Of a stretch of DNA of 64,000 nt, positions 53,974-62,781 are shown in pieces. The notes beneath the pieces are model-generated. The model was not told the DNA's origin. It worked only from the letters and a program-made list of their open reading frames with translations, and ran no database searches. A program made the position numbers and the translations under genes. The stretch is taken from positions 64,001 through 128,000 of IMG/VR virus record IMGVR_UViG_3300030330_005091. The stretch is one strand, 5' to 3'. The first letter of the stretch is position 1, and the number at the start of each line of letters is the position of its first letter. Origin of the DNA: a virus. Lineage: Duplodnaviria > Caudoviricetes.

Positions 53974-54645
53974 CTAGATAATAATATCAGCGATCCCTAA
54001 TTCTACCGCTTCTTCTGCAGATAAATAGACATTTACTTTACGTTCTATCATTTTTTTAAGTTTTGCTCTTGTCAGTTTGGTTTCAGCAATTAGTGCATCG
54101 CAATACATGTCCTGTAACTGTTCTATAGCTTCTAATTCGTTCATCATGTTGTGAAGCGAGCCATGGTTGCCACCCATAACAGAGTGAATCATAACGCGAC
54201 AATTTTTGCCAATCTTGCGCTTGCCCTTGGTGCCAGACGCCAAAAGTAGAACGCCGGCGGACATTACTTTACCGAGCCCGATAGTGTGTATTTCGCTGGT
54301 CTCTTTTACTTGTCTAATAACATCATAGAGACCGAACATATCATCAGCATTGCCACCATATGTTGAAATATAAAACTCTATTGGTTTTCTCTTGTCTTCT
54401 TTTGTTAATTTGTTCATTTCATCCAGCACTAATAAGCCGTGAATTAGTTCTGCAATTTTTTCTTCATGAACATCAGCAAACAAACCTATAATTCTTAAAT
54501 CTGGTTCTGGTGGCGGGCCAGCTTCGTCATCCAGGCCCAGGGCTGCGGGATCTATCATAATAATTTTTTTCTCTTTATTTGATTTATCAGTAGATGTTGA
54601 ACCGCTCGAATCTGTTGTCAGTATCTCTTTTATTTTTTTAATCAT
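53974..54645 (-). CDS. clpP: ClpP-like protease subunit
   Basis: YISTYGG, GKVMSAG, MIHSV, YLSAEEAVELGIAD. Confidence 0.9.
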   Translation of the reverse strand: MIKKIKEILTTDSSGSTSTDKSNKEKKIIMIDPAALGLDDEAGPPPEPDLRIIGLFADVHEEKIAELIHGLLVLDEMNKLTKEDKRKPIEFYISTYGGNADDMFGLYDVIRQVKETSEIHTIGLGKVMSAGVLLLASGTKGKRKIGKNCRVMIHSVMGGNHGSLHNMMNELEAIEQLQDMYCDALIAETKLTRAKLKKMIERKVNVYLSAEEAVELGIADIII

Positions 54646-54657
54646 TAAAGTGTCCTT

Positions 54658-55047
54658 TTAATCTTTGAGTTGGCTGTTAGGTGTGGTGGCGTCTAGAAAT
54701 GCGATAGCGGAATCCCAGTCATCAAACAAGATGGCGGTCTTGAAATGTTCTGGGAATACTTTATTTATATCTCTAATTGCGTTTACTTTCAGATGCTTCA
54801 TATCATTTTCTAGATATAATTTAAAATTATCTATATCTCTTTCTGATGCATTTGATTTAATCATTCTTTCAATGCAAAACGTTTTAGCATAGCTGTAGTT
54901 TTCGATTGTCCTTACCATCATCATCAGCGAAGTTCTTTGAGCAGATCTTAACATGAATAGACTATTGCGTGCAACGCGATATATAAAAAATGTTCTATAT
55001 GTAAAAAATCCAAATAAAAAAACTAGGGCATATAGTAAAAATTGCAT
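54658..55047 (-). CDS. membrane-anchored hypothetical protein
   Basis: N-terminal TM. Confidence 0.6.
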   Translation of the reverse strand: MQFLLYALVFLFGFFTYRTFFIYRVARNSLFMLRSAQRTSLMMMVRTIENYSYAKTFCIERMIKSNASERDIDNFKLYLENDMKHLKVNAIRDINKVFPEHFKTAILFDDWDSAIAFLDATTPNSQLKD

Positions 55048-55055
55048 ATTAGTTC

Positions 55056-55095
55056 CAAAAAATAACCACTAGAGTATATAGCTCCAGTGGTTATT
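55056..55095 (-). terminator. rho-independent terminator
   Basis: minus strand AATAACCACTGGAG-loop-CTCTAGTGGTTATT then U-tract. Confidence 0.65.
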
Positions 55096-55122
55096 ATAAC
55101 TGCTCGTATTTATTTAGTCAAG

Positions 55123-55797
55123 TTATTTTGTTAATCTTTTGAGGATTCTTTCTGCCAATTGATCAACTAGCTTTTCTTTAGAGTCCTCTTGTTTAAGTCG
55201 CATTGCAACTCGACGTGCAACTTCAGATACAATTTCGTCCTCGGAAAGAGTAAAGTCTTCTTCATCTTCCATCATAGGATCTTCATCCTCATCCTCGTCA
55301 TCTGCTCCGTCGAGGTCAGCTGGGCCCGTATCAAGTGAAACATCACCTCCTTCTGGGGCCTCTGGCTCGGCTTCCGGTGCGGGCATATCTAAGGGATCTG
55401 CTCCCATGTCCATGTCGCCCATTGCATCTTCCTCGCCGGCTTCAACATCTACCCGATCTTCAATACCAAGCGCTTGTGCTACAGCCGCCACGACGTCGGC
55501 CATAATCTCTTCTCTCTCGGAAACGTCCAAGTCGCTACCTGCGTCGTCGTCTAAATCAACATCTGCATCGTCAGCGGCAAGGTCGACCTCTAACTCGTCG
55601 TTGTCTCCTGGCTCATCGTCCATCGAAACGTCCAACTCAGCCTCTGGGGCGGGATCACCCATGTCGTCCACGTCACGGTCGCCTGGCGCCATAGTGCCTC
55701 CGTATTCCTGGATTTTATCCTCACCAACGCTACCGATGTTAGCGAGTTTTAAAAATTTACGAACCTCGTGTTCGTTTAAAAGTGTTTTACGAGCCAT
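55123..55797 (-). CDS. highly acidic scaffold/head-core-like protein
   Basis: D/E-rich, LLNE leader, EVARRVA.RL helix. Confidence 0.65.
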   Translation of the reverse strand: MARKTLLNEHEVRKFLKLANIGSVGEDKIQEYGGTMAPGDRDVDDMGDPAPEAELDVSMDDEPGDNDELEVDLAADDADVDLDDDAGSDLDVSEREEIMADVVAAVAQALGIEDRVDVEAGEEDAMGDMDMGADPLDMPAPEAEPEAPEGGDVSLDTGPADLDGADDEDEDEDPMMEDEEDFTLSEDEIVSEVARRVAMRLKQEDSKEKLVDQLAERILKRLTK

Positions 55798-55865
55798 TTT
55801 AAAAAAATCTCCTTTTCTATTTAAAGAAACTCAAAAATAAGTAGTTGTGTGTTACAATAACGGCA

Positions 55866-56129
55866 TTAAAAATAAGAATCAATGTTTCCAATCCGTTTTT
55901 TAATTTTCTGCAGGGCTTTAGATTCAATTTGTTTTATTCTTGCAAAAGAAAGGTGTATCCTCTCCGCAACTTGCCTGAGAGTCATTGGCCCATTTTCATA
56001 AACAGATACCAAACAACAGTTAAACTCTTTCGGATAATTTATCCAGTGCCTACATTCATCCACCTTACAAGAGGTGCCTGTTTTCATGCATTTTCTTGAG
56101 CATGGCAATAGTCCATCAGTATTTTTCAT
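55866..56129 (-). CDS. stand-alone sigma-70 region 4 HTH protein with Cys-rich N-terminus
   Basis: MTLRQVAERIHLSFARIKQIESKALQKIK. Confidence 0.85.
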   Translation of the reverse strand: MKNTDGLLPCSRKCMKTGTSCKVDECRHWINYPKEFNCCLVSVYENGPMTLRQVAERIHLSFARIKQIESKALQKIKKRIGNIDSYF

Positions 56130-56452
56130 AACTCTGGAAACACCTCTGCAATCATATCGAATATATTTTCGACTTCCGTGTTATTTAAACCCATCTCTTG
56201 CATTTTTTTATTTCCATTTTCTCGAAGTTTTTTGCTTTTCTTCTTCTTTTTTATGGATACATCACTTATGTCTTCGATAAATTCATATAATCTTGCGTCA
56301 TCGTTAATCAAGCCGGTTATAACATATCTAAAAAACTTTGATTGTGTCAGGCCTATCGATTTTAGTTTCATCAGAAAATTGACATGCCGGTGGTCATTTT
56401 CAGTGAACACTATTCGTTTGTTTAGTTTTCCGTAATCTATATTATGTTCCAT
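56126..56452 (-). CDS. hypothetical (RHH-like) protein
   Basis: KRIVF...LK..GLTQS.FFR. Confidence 0.55.
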   Translation of the reverse strand: MEHNIDYGKLNKRIVFTENDHRHVNFLMKLKSIGLTQSKFFRYVITGLINDDARLYEFIEDISDVSIKKKKKSKKLRENGNKKMQEMGLNNTEVENIFDMIAEVFPEL

Positions 56453-56453
56453 T

Positions 56454-57494
56454 TCACCACGACCTATGGTTAATATGGGTTTTGCTTTCCGAAAGCCCAG
56501 AAGAGGTTTGCAACATCATATCAGCCTTAGCTTGAAGTTCTGTGGCGTTTCTGGCTCCCGAATATGAGTAGCCAGAACGAATACCTCTTTCAAGGTTATC
56601 TAAAATATCTGCCATGGCACCGCGATAAGGCACACGTGTAGACACACCCTCAAAAGATGAATACTTGCCTTTCCAGTCAACTTGAGCTTCCTTGCTAGCC
56701 ATTCCACGGTAAGTTTTCCACTTATTACCGCGTTCGTCAGTTATTACATTTCCAGGCGCTTCGTGTGTTCCTGCAAACAAAGAACCACACATGACAGCAT
56801 CTGCTCCAGCGGCAATTGCCTTGACTATATCTCCGGAGTTTTTTATGCCTCCGTCAGCAATGATTTTCACATCTCTATCAGTTTGAGCACAATCAATAAT
56901 TGTCTGTAGTCCTGGGACGCCATGGCCAGTTTGTATACGAGTTGAACAAATCGAGCCGCCACCAATGTTGCAGCGCACGGAATCAGCACCCCAGTCTGCC
57001 AAATCATTAACCCCCTGCAAGGTGGCAACGTTCCCAGCCATGATATGATAATCGTCGCCAAGCATAACTCTCAATCTATGTAAGGCAATCTTCATCATAT
57101 TATGATGACCATGAGCGACATCAACACAAATAAATGTTGCACCAGCATTAAACACAGCGGTTGCTCTTTCTAAATAATCTCCCGTGATTCCAATGGCAGC
57201 ACCCACATTATCTCTGACTCTATCGACAGAATTGGAAACAATACTTGCTTGTTCATCAATAGTGTTGTATCTGTGGATTATAGCAGCACCACCCGCTTTG
57301 TCTAGAGCAACTGCCATTTCTGTGTCTGATATTGTATCCATCGGTGAAGCAAAAATGGGAAACCTTAGCTGTAGCGAATTGCCTAGGTCCGCAGAAATAT
57401 CTATTTCACTTCTAGAGTTTATATCAGAATACTGTGGAACAAGAAGAACATCATCGTATGATAAGCCCTGTTTATACTTTCTGTTATCGAACAT
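56454..57494 (-). CDS. guaB: IMP dehydrogenase/GMP reductase family (no CBS domains)
   Basis: [41 protein letters not shown]. Confidence 0.9.
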   Translation of the reverse strand: MFDNRKYKQGLSYDDVLLVPQYSDINSRSEIDISADLGNSLQLRFPIFASPMDTISDTEMAVALDKAGGAAIIHRYNTIDEQASIVSNSVDRVRDNVGAAIGITGDYLERATAVFNAGATFICVDVAHGHHNMMKIALHRLRVMLGDDYHIMAGNVATLQGVNDLADWGADSVRCNIGGGSICSTRIQTGHGVPGLQTIIDCAQTDRDVKIIADGGIKNSGDIVKAIAAGADAVMCGSLFAGTHEAPGNVITDERGNKWKTYRGMASKEAQVDWKGKYSSFEGVSTRVPYRGAMADILDNLERGIRSGYSYSGARNATELQAKADMMLQTSSGLSESKTHINHRSW

Positions 57495-57495
57495 T

Positions 57496-57864
57496 TTATC
57501 TCTCCTTATCGATAAAGTTTTTAATCTGCTTGGTGGTAAACCAAGTCTTCTCATTTGGGTTCTCAGGATCTTTCAAGTTTGATATTTTTGCTCTTTTACC
57601 GCGTGAAATCTTAAAAGTAGTAACTGACGGCACCCCATTCAGTTTTAATTTCTCTGAGATTTCTTCGTCGTCGTCCACGTTGAAAGCAAAGAATAATACA
57701 TCTTCGTATGAATTTGATATATCTACATAATAACTGCTCAGAGCGTGACACAGGTGGCAGCTATTTGAATAAAACTTTACCACACAAAGGGTGTCGTCTT
57801 CTACTGTTACTTCTCCCTTGATCATTTTTAAAATTGATTCTTTAGATATTCTACTTACGGACAT
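57496..57864 (-). CDS. thioredoxin
   Basis: VKFY..SCHLC...GVP. Confidence 0.8.
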   Translation of the reverse strand: MSVSRISKESILKMIKGEVTVEDDTLCVVKFYSNSCHLCHALSSYYVDISNSYEDVLFFAFNVDDDEEISEKLKLNGVPSVTTFKISRGKRAKISNLKDPENPNEKTWFTTKQIKNFIDKER

Positions 57865-58123
57865 TTTCTATCTCCTTTCTCCATTCATTGATTACATGAT
57901 TTGCCATTTTCCAACATTCAGGGCAATAAAGCCTCACAGTCTCTTCATCTCTAACCACCACACTCCATGTTTTAACCATCTTTTTATTTTTTTTGTCAAA
58001 AGGCTTTTCACATGTAAGACACTTATCTGGTAAGTTACCAAATTGTGTTACTTTATCCGACAGCTGCTTAGAGCTATCCTTGTTGGTCATTTTTGACAGT
58101 GCGCGGCGTTGCTTACGATTCAT
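57851..58123 (-). CDS. zinc-ribbon protein
   Basis: MNRKQRR; CLTC...CPEC. Confidence 0.7.
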   Translation of the reverse strand: MNRKQRRALSKMTNKDSSKQLSDKVTQFGNLPDKCLTCEKPFDKKNKKMVKTWSVVVRDEETVRLYCPECWKMANHVINEWRKEIENVRK

Positions 58124-58490
58124 CTTTTTCGTTTGCTCTTGACTTTAGCGCCTCATTATTCATGGCCTTGCGATACGTGCCTGATCTGGTTGCTAATTGC
58201 TCTTCAGTGATAGCTTGTTGTTCTGGCTCTTCTTCGACTAAAACTTCTGTAGCTTCTTCGGGCAAATTTGACTCTGCTTCTGCATCGGTCTGTTTAGCCA
58301 AAATTGGTGCATATTGTTGCAAAGTGACCATGGCTCCCTCAAGTTGGGCTAGCGCAATTGCATGTTGGGTAATTTGGTCAACAGTTTCAATTGTTGCTGG
58401 TCTATGATATAGATCTTTGATTATTGCAAATCGCTCGGTTGCTTTTGCTTTTAAGCCCGTGATGGCTGATTGTAAAATTTCTTCGGTCAT
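58113..58490 (-). CDS. hypothetical protein
   Basis: AGGAGA SD. Confidence 0.65.
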   Translation of the reverse strand: MTEEILQSAITGLKAKATERFAIIKDLYHRPATIETVDQITQHAIALAQLEGAMVTLQQYAPILAKQTDAEAESNLPEEATEVLVEEEPEQQAITEEQLATRSGTYRKAMNNEALKSRANEKDES

Positions 58491-58501
58491 TATATTTTCT
58501 C

Positions 58502-58975
58502 CTATCTATTAATGCCTTCAACTCTCCAAAGTTCTCCGCCTCCGTCAAACACAACTACAGCGGAGGGAAACGGTGCAGAGTTTTCACTGTCTCCAAATTT
58601 AAGACGACCCTTCACAAAATGAATTTCGGATGCCTTCATAACGTAATTGTGCCAATACTTGGTATCTGTTCTTGCAGGTATAAGCATAACAACCTTTGTG
58701 CCTGAATTCTTAGCTTCATTATATGCTTTTTCAATCCACTTGTCAATACCTCTCCCATATGGAGGGTTTACAAAACACGTAAAGCCTTCCCAACTCTTTT
58801 CCAAGCCATTCTCTGCTTCAGTGAAAAAATTTGCACACTTAGTATTGTGCGGACTAGCACAAGGATCCAAATTGAACGGACCAAAGCGCCAGTTTAGTTT
58901 ATTAAAAAAGTCTTGTGGTGTTGCCCAATTTCCAGTTTTAGAACTGAACATGGTTTTTTGAGTTTCTGTGTTCAT
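58502..58975 (-). CDS. phage DNA N6-adenine methyltransferase (Dam-type)
   Basis: WATPQ, LDPCA, NPPYG, LIPARTDT. Confidence 0.9.
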   Translation of the reverse strand: MNTETQKTMFSSKTGNWATPQDFFNKLNWRFGPFNLDPCASPHNTKCANFFTEAENGLEKSWEGFTCFVNPPYGRGIDKWIEKAYNEAKNSGTKVVMLIPARTDTKYWHNYVMKASEIHFVKGRLKFGDSENSAPFPSAVVVFDGGGELWRVEGINR

Positions 58976-59804
58976 ATTTTTCTTTTGTTTCCTTATAAGA
59001 TGTTATTAGTTCGTGTTTTGATATGCTGGGATTTCCAGCAGTATCGTATTTTGGGCTTTCGTTGTCGTCCCATTTTATGTTAGACATTATATATTCTACG
59101 TCACGGCAGTTCTGTTTAATATAATAATGGCTTTTCCAGTCTCTGTATATTATGTTGTAATCTTTATAAATCTTCCCTGCGGCACCTCCAACTCGGCGCA
59201 CACAAAAGTCTGAATTGTCACATTGAAGCTTTTTTTGTTCTTCGTTAACTGGCTTACCAATCGGAACAAAGTCAAAATCCTCGTGTTTAGATAATGTTTT
59301 TATTGTGCCTCTTTCAATTTGCTTTTTTTTCCAAACTTGAAACACAGTTGGAACTTCATATGACTGTCCCGATGGTGTGTAAAATGCTTGTAGTGGTAGA
59401 AGCTTTTGTTCTACTAAGTGAAAGTGTCTATTCAAGCGATTTATGATAGAAGGCTTCCTAAATGTTCGCGGCAATATAAATGCTATACAGTCAGAAAATT
59501 GTGCAGCGTGGTTGAAAAATTTAACCGCAGTGCTAGAGTTTTTACCAAATGGCGGATTGCCAATAGTTAATACATTTTTTGTTTCTGTAGGCTTGAAGTC
59601 AAAAAAGTTCTTCTTTGTTATTCCTGATGTTGCTGGCTCTAAGTCAATCCCAACGCTCTTATCGGGCGGTAGTCTTTTCAAAAAATCACCGGCACCCGCA
59701 GAAGGCTCAATAATTAAATCATATTGATTATAGTCCACTAATCTCAAAACTTGCTCAACGATGGCTGGTTTTGTGTAAAACTGATCTAGTCTATGCGGCG
59801 GCAT
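58938..59804 (-). CDS. N6-adenine DNA methyltransferase
   Basis: DQFYT, IEPSAGAG, GNPPFG. Confidence 0.85.
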   Translation of the reverse strand: MPPHRLDQFYTKPAIVEQVLRLVDYNQYDLIIEPSAGAGDFLKRLPPDKSVGIDLEPATSGITKKNFFDFKPTETKNVLTIGNPPFGKNSSTAVKFFNHAAQFSDCIAFILPRTFRKPSIINRLNRHFHLVEQKLLPLQAFYTPSGQSYEVPTVFQVWKKKQIERGTIKTLSKHEDFDFVPIGKPVNEEQKKLQCDNSDFCVRRVGGAAGKIYKDYNIIYRDWKSHYYIKQNCRDVEYIMSNIKWDDNESPKYDTAGNPSISKHELITSYKETKEKYEHRNSKNHVQF

Positions 59805-60258
59805 CAAAGAATTCCTTTCTTTTACTTTTGCTGATACACCCATTAGGATATTTCTCAGATAGCTCGCTACCTTTCTTGAAAACAACATTAATCTTGGGAA
59901 AGTCAACAATATCACAAATGATGTAATTCATTTTTTGGGTCTTATAAATAAACCTTTCTTCATCAAATGTTCGACCAGTGCCAATCATGCTAGATGGCAG
60001 AAACTTACAACCACCTGCAGTAAAGTTCTTTGCATCATATTGTATGTTTTCATCCAATCTGTTAACATGATCGTGGTCTTCGCAACCCTTGATGTGCCTC
60101 AGTTCTGGGAACCAAAACACGAGTTGTCGCTCCAAAAGGTGAGATGCTACACGACCATCTTTATAGATATCAATTAGCATATCTGTTGATAAGTTTCCAA
60201 ACGAAAAAGTCCCAGACAAGTCAAATGTATAGGTTTGATCAAATGCAATCTTATGCAT
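59791..60258 (-). CDS. putative PD-(D/E)xK restriction-endonuclease-like protein
   Basis: E...DHD...YDAK pattern; coupled to methylase. Confidence 0.5.
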   Translation of the reverse strand: MHKIAFDQTYTFDLSGTFSFGNLSTDMLIDIYKDGRVASHLLERQLVFWFPELRHIKGCEDHDHVNRLDENIQYDAKNFTAGGCKFLPSSMIGTGRTFDEERFIYKTQKMNYIICDIVDFPKINVVFKKGSELSEKYPNGCISKSKRKEFFDAAA

Positions 60259-60709
60259 CGGTGCTCCCCAAGGCTCCATCACCTCTATCGCTAATCGTGA
60301 TCGGACTTTGATACAGGTTACCTGATTCGCTTTGCATTGTTCTAAAATGAACAACAGGGATCATCACTAACTGCGCAATCTTGTCTCCCTTTCTAATATA
60401 TTGTGTAGAGGATCCGACGTTGTGTAAATTTACAAACACTTCTCCATCGTATCCAGAATCAACTACACATGCTCCCACAATAAGAGAACGCTTGGCGGCA
60501 ACGGAACTACGATTCTTAACCTCAAGCATATAACCATGCGGAACACCAAAACGAAGGCCAGTGGGAATCACCTTGCTGTCGCCAGGGCCAATTGCAATGG
60601 CTTGGTTGTCTTGATCAGGAGAATAAAACACATCCAGTCCTGCATCAGAGGGATTTGCTCGCTGTGGACTATGTGCGTTAGGTCTAGTTAAGGCATACTC
60701 AAGAATCAC
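60251..60709 (-). CDS. dut: dUTPase
   Basis: AGLD, RSSVA, VVDSGYDGE, KIAQL, RGDGALGST. Confidence 0.95.
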   Translation of the reverse strand: MILEYALTRPNAHSPQRANPSDAGLDVFYSPDQDNQAIAIGPGDSKVIPTGLRFGVPHGYMLEVKNRSSVAAKRSLIVGACVVDSGYDGEVFVNLHNVGSSTQYIRKGDKIAQLVMIPVVHFRTMQSESGNLYQSPITISDRGDGALGSTDA

Positions 60710-60953
60710 TGCCACCTCCACTAAACATCTCAAAGTTCTCAACAACCTCATCAATGTTTACATTGTCCTTGAAAAGTCGATATGCCTTCACAGCAGCACG
60801 AATCTCATCAGTGTTTAACCAGCCGTTTTCTTTATATTCAGCACGCAAATCGCGCTTCTGTTCCTTGTAAGGCTCCATTGCCTCTTCAATAGCTACCATG
60901 GATCGGATATATTCCTTAACATAGCGCTTTCGTTCATCGTTTGTTGTAGCCAT
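60699..60953 (-). CDS. GapR/T4 DsbA-like dsDNA-binding protein
   Basis: YI..M..IEE......KRDL..EYK..G helical pattern. Confidence 0.55.
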   Translation of the reverse strand: MATTNDERKRYVKEYIRSMVAIEEAMEPYKEQKRDLRAEYKENGWLNTDEIRAAVKAYRLFKDNVNIDEVVENFEMFSGGGSDS

Positions 60954-60979
60954 TCGGCCCTCCTTTTTAATTCTTTATT

Positions 60980-61008
60980 AATATATCAGTTGCGAACACG
61001 ATTGTCAA
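60980..61008 (-). promoter_or_regulatory. sigma70-type promoter
   Basis: TTGACA-N17-TATATT, GGAGG SD downstream. Confidence 0.7.
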
Positions 61009-61014
61009 CTAAAT

Positions 61015-61749
61015 TTATTGGTTATTAGATGAAATATTCCCAAAAACTTGCCTCATAAATTTTTCAATTAGTTGATCTCTTTGTTCATCCGTTTCAGTCT
61101 CTGAAAAAGAATAGTTGTAAGTTCTTGTGACAGCCGCTATCTCGGCACGGACTTTATCAAGCTCTTTCTTCATCCATCTTATTTGTTGCCTGTAGTTTTT
61201 TGGTATGGGAACATCTAGTTGCTCAGCATAGTCGATTAATATAAAATACCTCTTCTGTTCTAAAGCATTTTTTGCTTCTGTAAACATACTGCTCATTTCT
61301 TGTTTTTTCTCATCACTATAGTCAGAATTGTTTAGTTTGTCTGGGTGAAGCACCGTGGCTAATTTACGAAAAAGTTTGGAGAATACATCATATAATTCCT
61401 TGTCATCTCCAGCATCAAGTGGTGGTTCTTGGATATTGTTTACATCAGCTTGTTCTTTTTTGTTCTCAGGCTTGTTTGCGGAAACCAATGCTGTTGAATC
61501 TGAGTGTTCTATTTGTCGCGGCTCTTCTTTATCTTCTTTCTTTTTGGAATATAATTTACTTATCCTATCTTCATGTTGTTTATTTAAAGATTTTCTGTCT
61601 ATATTCTTTTTCAAACAATAATTTTCATAGTATTCTTGAAACTCAACAGCAGCTTCGTTGGATATAGTTTTTACAATATCCAATTCACTATAAAGATACC
61701 TTAGCTGTGTGGTTATCTTTTTCCATTTTAATTTAGTTGTAGCAGACAC
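61015..61749 (-). CDS. J-domain-like protein
   Basis: LFRKLATVLHPDK...F..AK.A. Confidence 0.7.
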   Translation of the reverse strand: MSATTKLKWKKITTQLRYLYSELDIVKTISNEAAVEFQEYYENYCLKKNIDRKSLNKQHEDRISKLYSKKKEDKEEPRQIEHSDSTALVSANKPENKKEQADVNNIQEPPLDAGDDKELYDVFSKLFRKLATVLHPDKLNNSDYSDEKKQEMSSMFTEAKNALEQKRYFILIDYAEQLDVPIPKNYRQQIRWMKKELDKVRAEIAAVTRTYNYSFSETETDEQRDQLIEKFMRQVFGNISSNNQ

Positions 61750-61762
61750 ATATTAAATAGAC

Positions 61763-62368
61763 CTACTTGAAGTTGAAACTGACCTTAGTTTCTATTTTTA
61801 GTTCTGGAACATGTGTGTGGTTTGCTAGGTTATGTTTCACGCAATCATCAATTTCTAAAAACCAATCAGCATGACCCTTTTCGTGCACAATGTCTAAAAA
61901 ATAATCTTTATGGTGGCCACAGTTTTCGGCCATCATGTGATAAATCTTTTTGTTAAGCCTCTCCGTTTCCTCGGCCGAAGCCTTGATTTCCTCTACTTTT
62001 CCATACTCCATAGAGCTAACATCATGTATCATCACAGTGGCATCTGGGTCCATATAGCGCTTACCTTCAGCGCCGAAACTAAAAAGTATTGCGCCACAGG
62101 ACATTGCCTTCCCTTGCACGATTGTGGCTACAGGGATACGACTATGTTTAATGTCTGATATCATAGACATCAAGCTATACACTTGGCCACCATAACTATC
62201 AATTATAACTGGTAAAACTGGCTGGCCTGTGTTCTGTGCTTTTGAGACAAGCGATGAAAATTCTTTTGCGGACAGCTCATCAAATTTTCTTACTCGAATT
62301 ACTACCGGCAAATCATCTATCAGCTTTGCCTCTTTTAAAAGTGGACTAAAGTTTTTTAAAATATTCAT
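61763..62368 (-). CDS. clpP: ClpP-like protease subunit
   Basis: IDSYGGQV, AMSCG, MIHDV, DWFL. Confidence 0.9.
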   Translation of the reverse strand: MNILKNFSPLLKEAKLIDDLPVVIRVRKFDELSAKEFSSLVSKAQNTGQPVLPVIIDSYGGQVYSLMSMISDIKHSRIPVATIVQGKAMSCGAILFSFGAEGKRYMDPDATVMIHDVSSMEYGKVEEIKASAEETERLNKKIYHMMAENCGHHKDYFLDIVHEKGHADWFLEIDDCVKHNLANHTHVPELKIETKVSFNFK

Positions 62369-62781
62369 TACCATTCCTCCTTTTGGCCAATCCAATCTTT
62401 ATATTTTTCCTCGCCTCCGCGAGCTTCCCAGTCTGAATCAATAGTTAGCTTTGAACTTATACCTCCACGAGCATTGCACACCATAACAAGTCGTAATCGC
62501 TCAGGCTCATAAACTTCCATCATGTCGTCGAATATCACATTAATTAGGCGCTCATACGAGTAAATTTTACTTCTGAATTGGTAAAAATATTCTTTCATAG
62601 ATTTCAGTTCAATCACTTTTTTATTAGGATAGAACGTAATATACAACAAGGCAAAGTCTGGTTGACCTCGCACGCCTTCAAATGTGATCTCTGGTGCTTT
62701 TAGTTTGATCTCATATGCACCCGAAGATGGGTTTGGGATAGATTTTAAAATAGTCTTGTCTGACCATTGCTTCTTTTTCAT
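62368..62781 (-). CDS. queF: QueF-like T-fold protein lacking the catalytic Cys
   Basis: PEITF...GQPDF, IELKSMKEY, SYE, ARGGI; no CP motif. Confidence 0.8.
   Translation of the reverse strand: MKKKQWSDKTILKSIPNPSSGAYEIKLKAPEITFEGVRGQPDFALLYITFYPNKKVIELKSMKEYFYQFRSKIYSYERLINVIFDDMMEVYEPERLRLVMVCNARGGISSKLTIDSDWEARGGEEKYKDWIGQKEEW

Noticed and set aside
21487-60754. Longest-ORF starts in the track (22773, 24726, 25962, 29219, 31462, 32619, 32936, 34347, 37554, 57554, 59915, 60354, 60754)
   Set aside because: They run through promoters or upstream genes; downstream starts with SD and coupling were used instead
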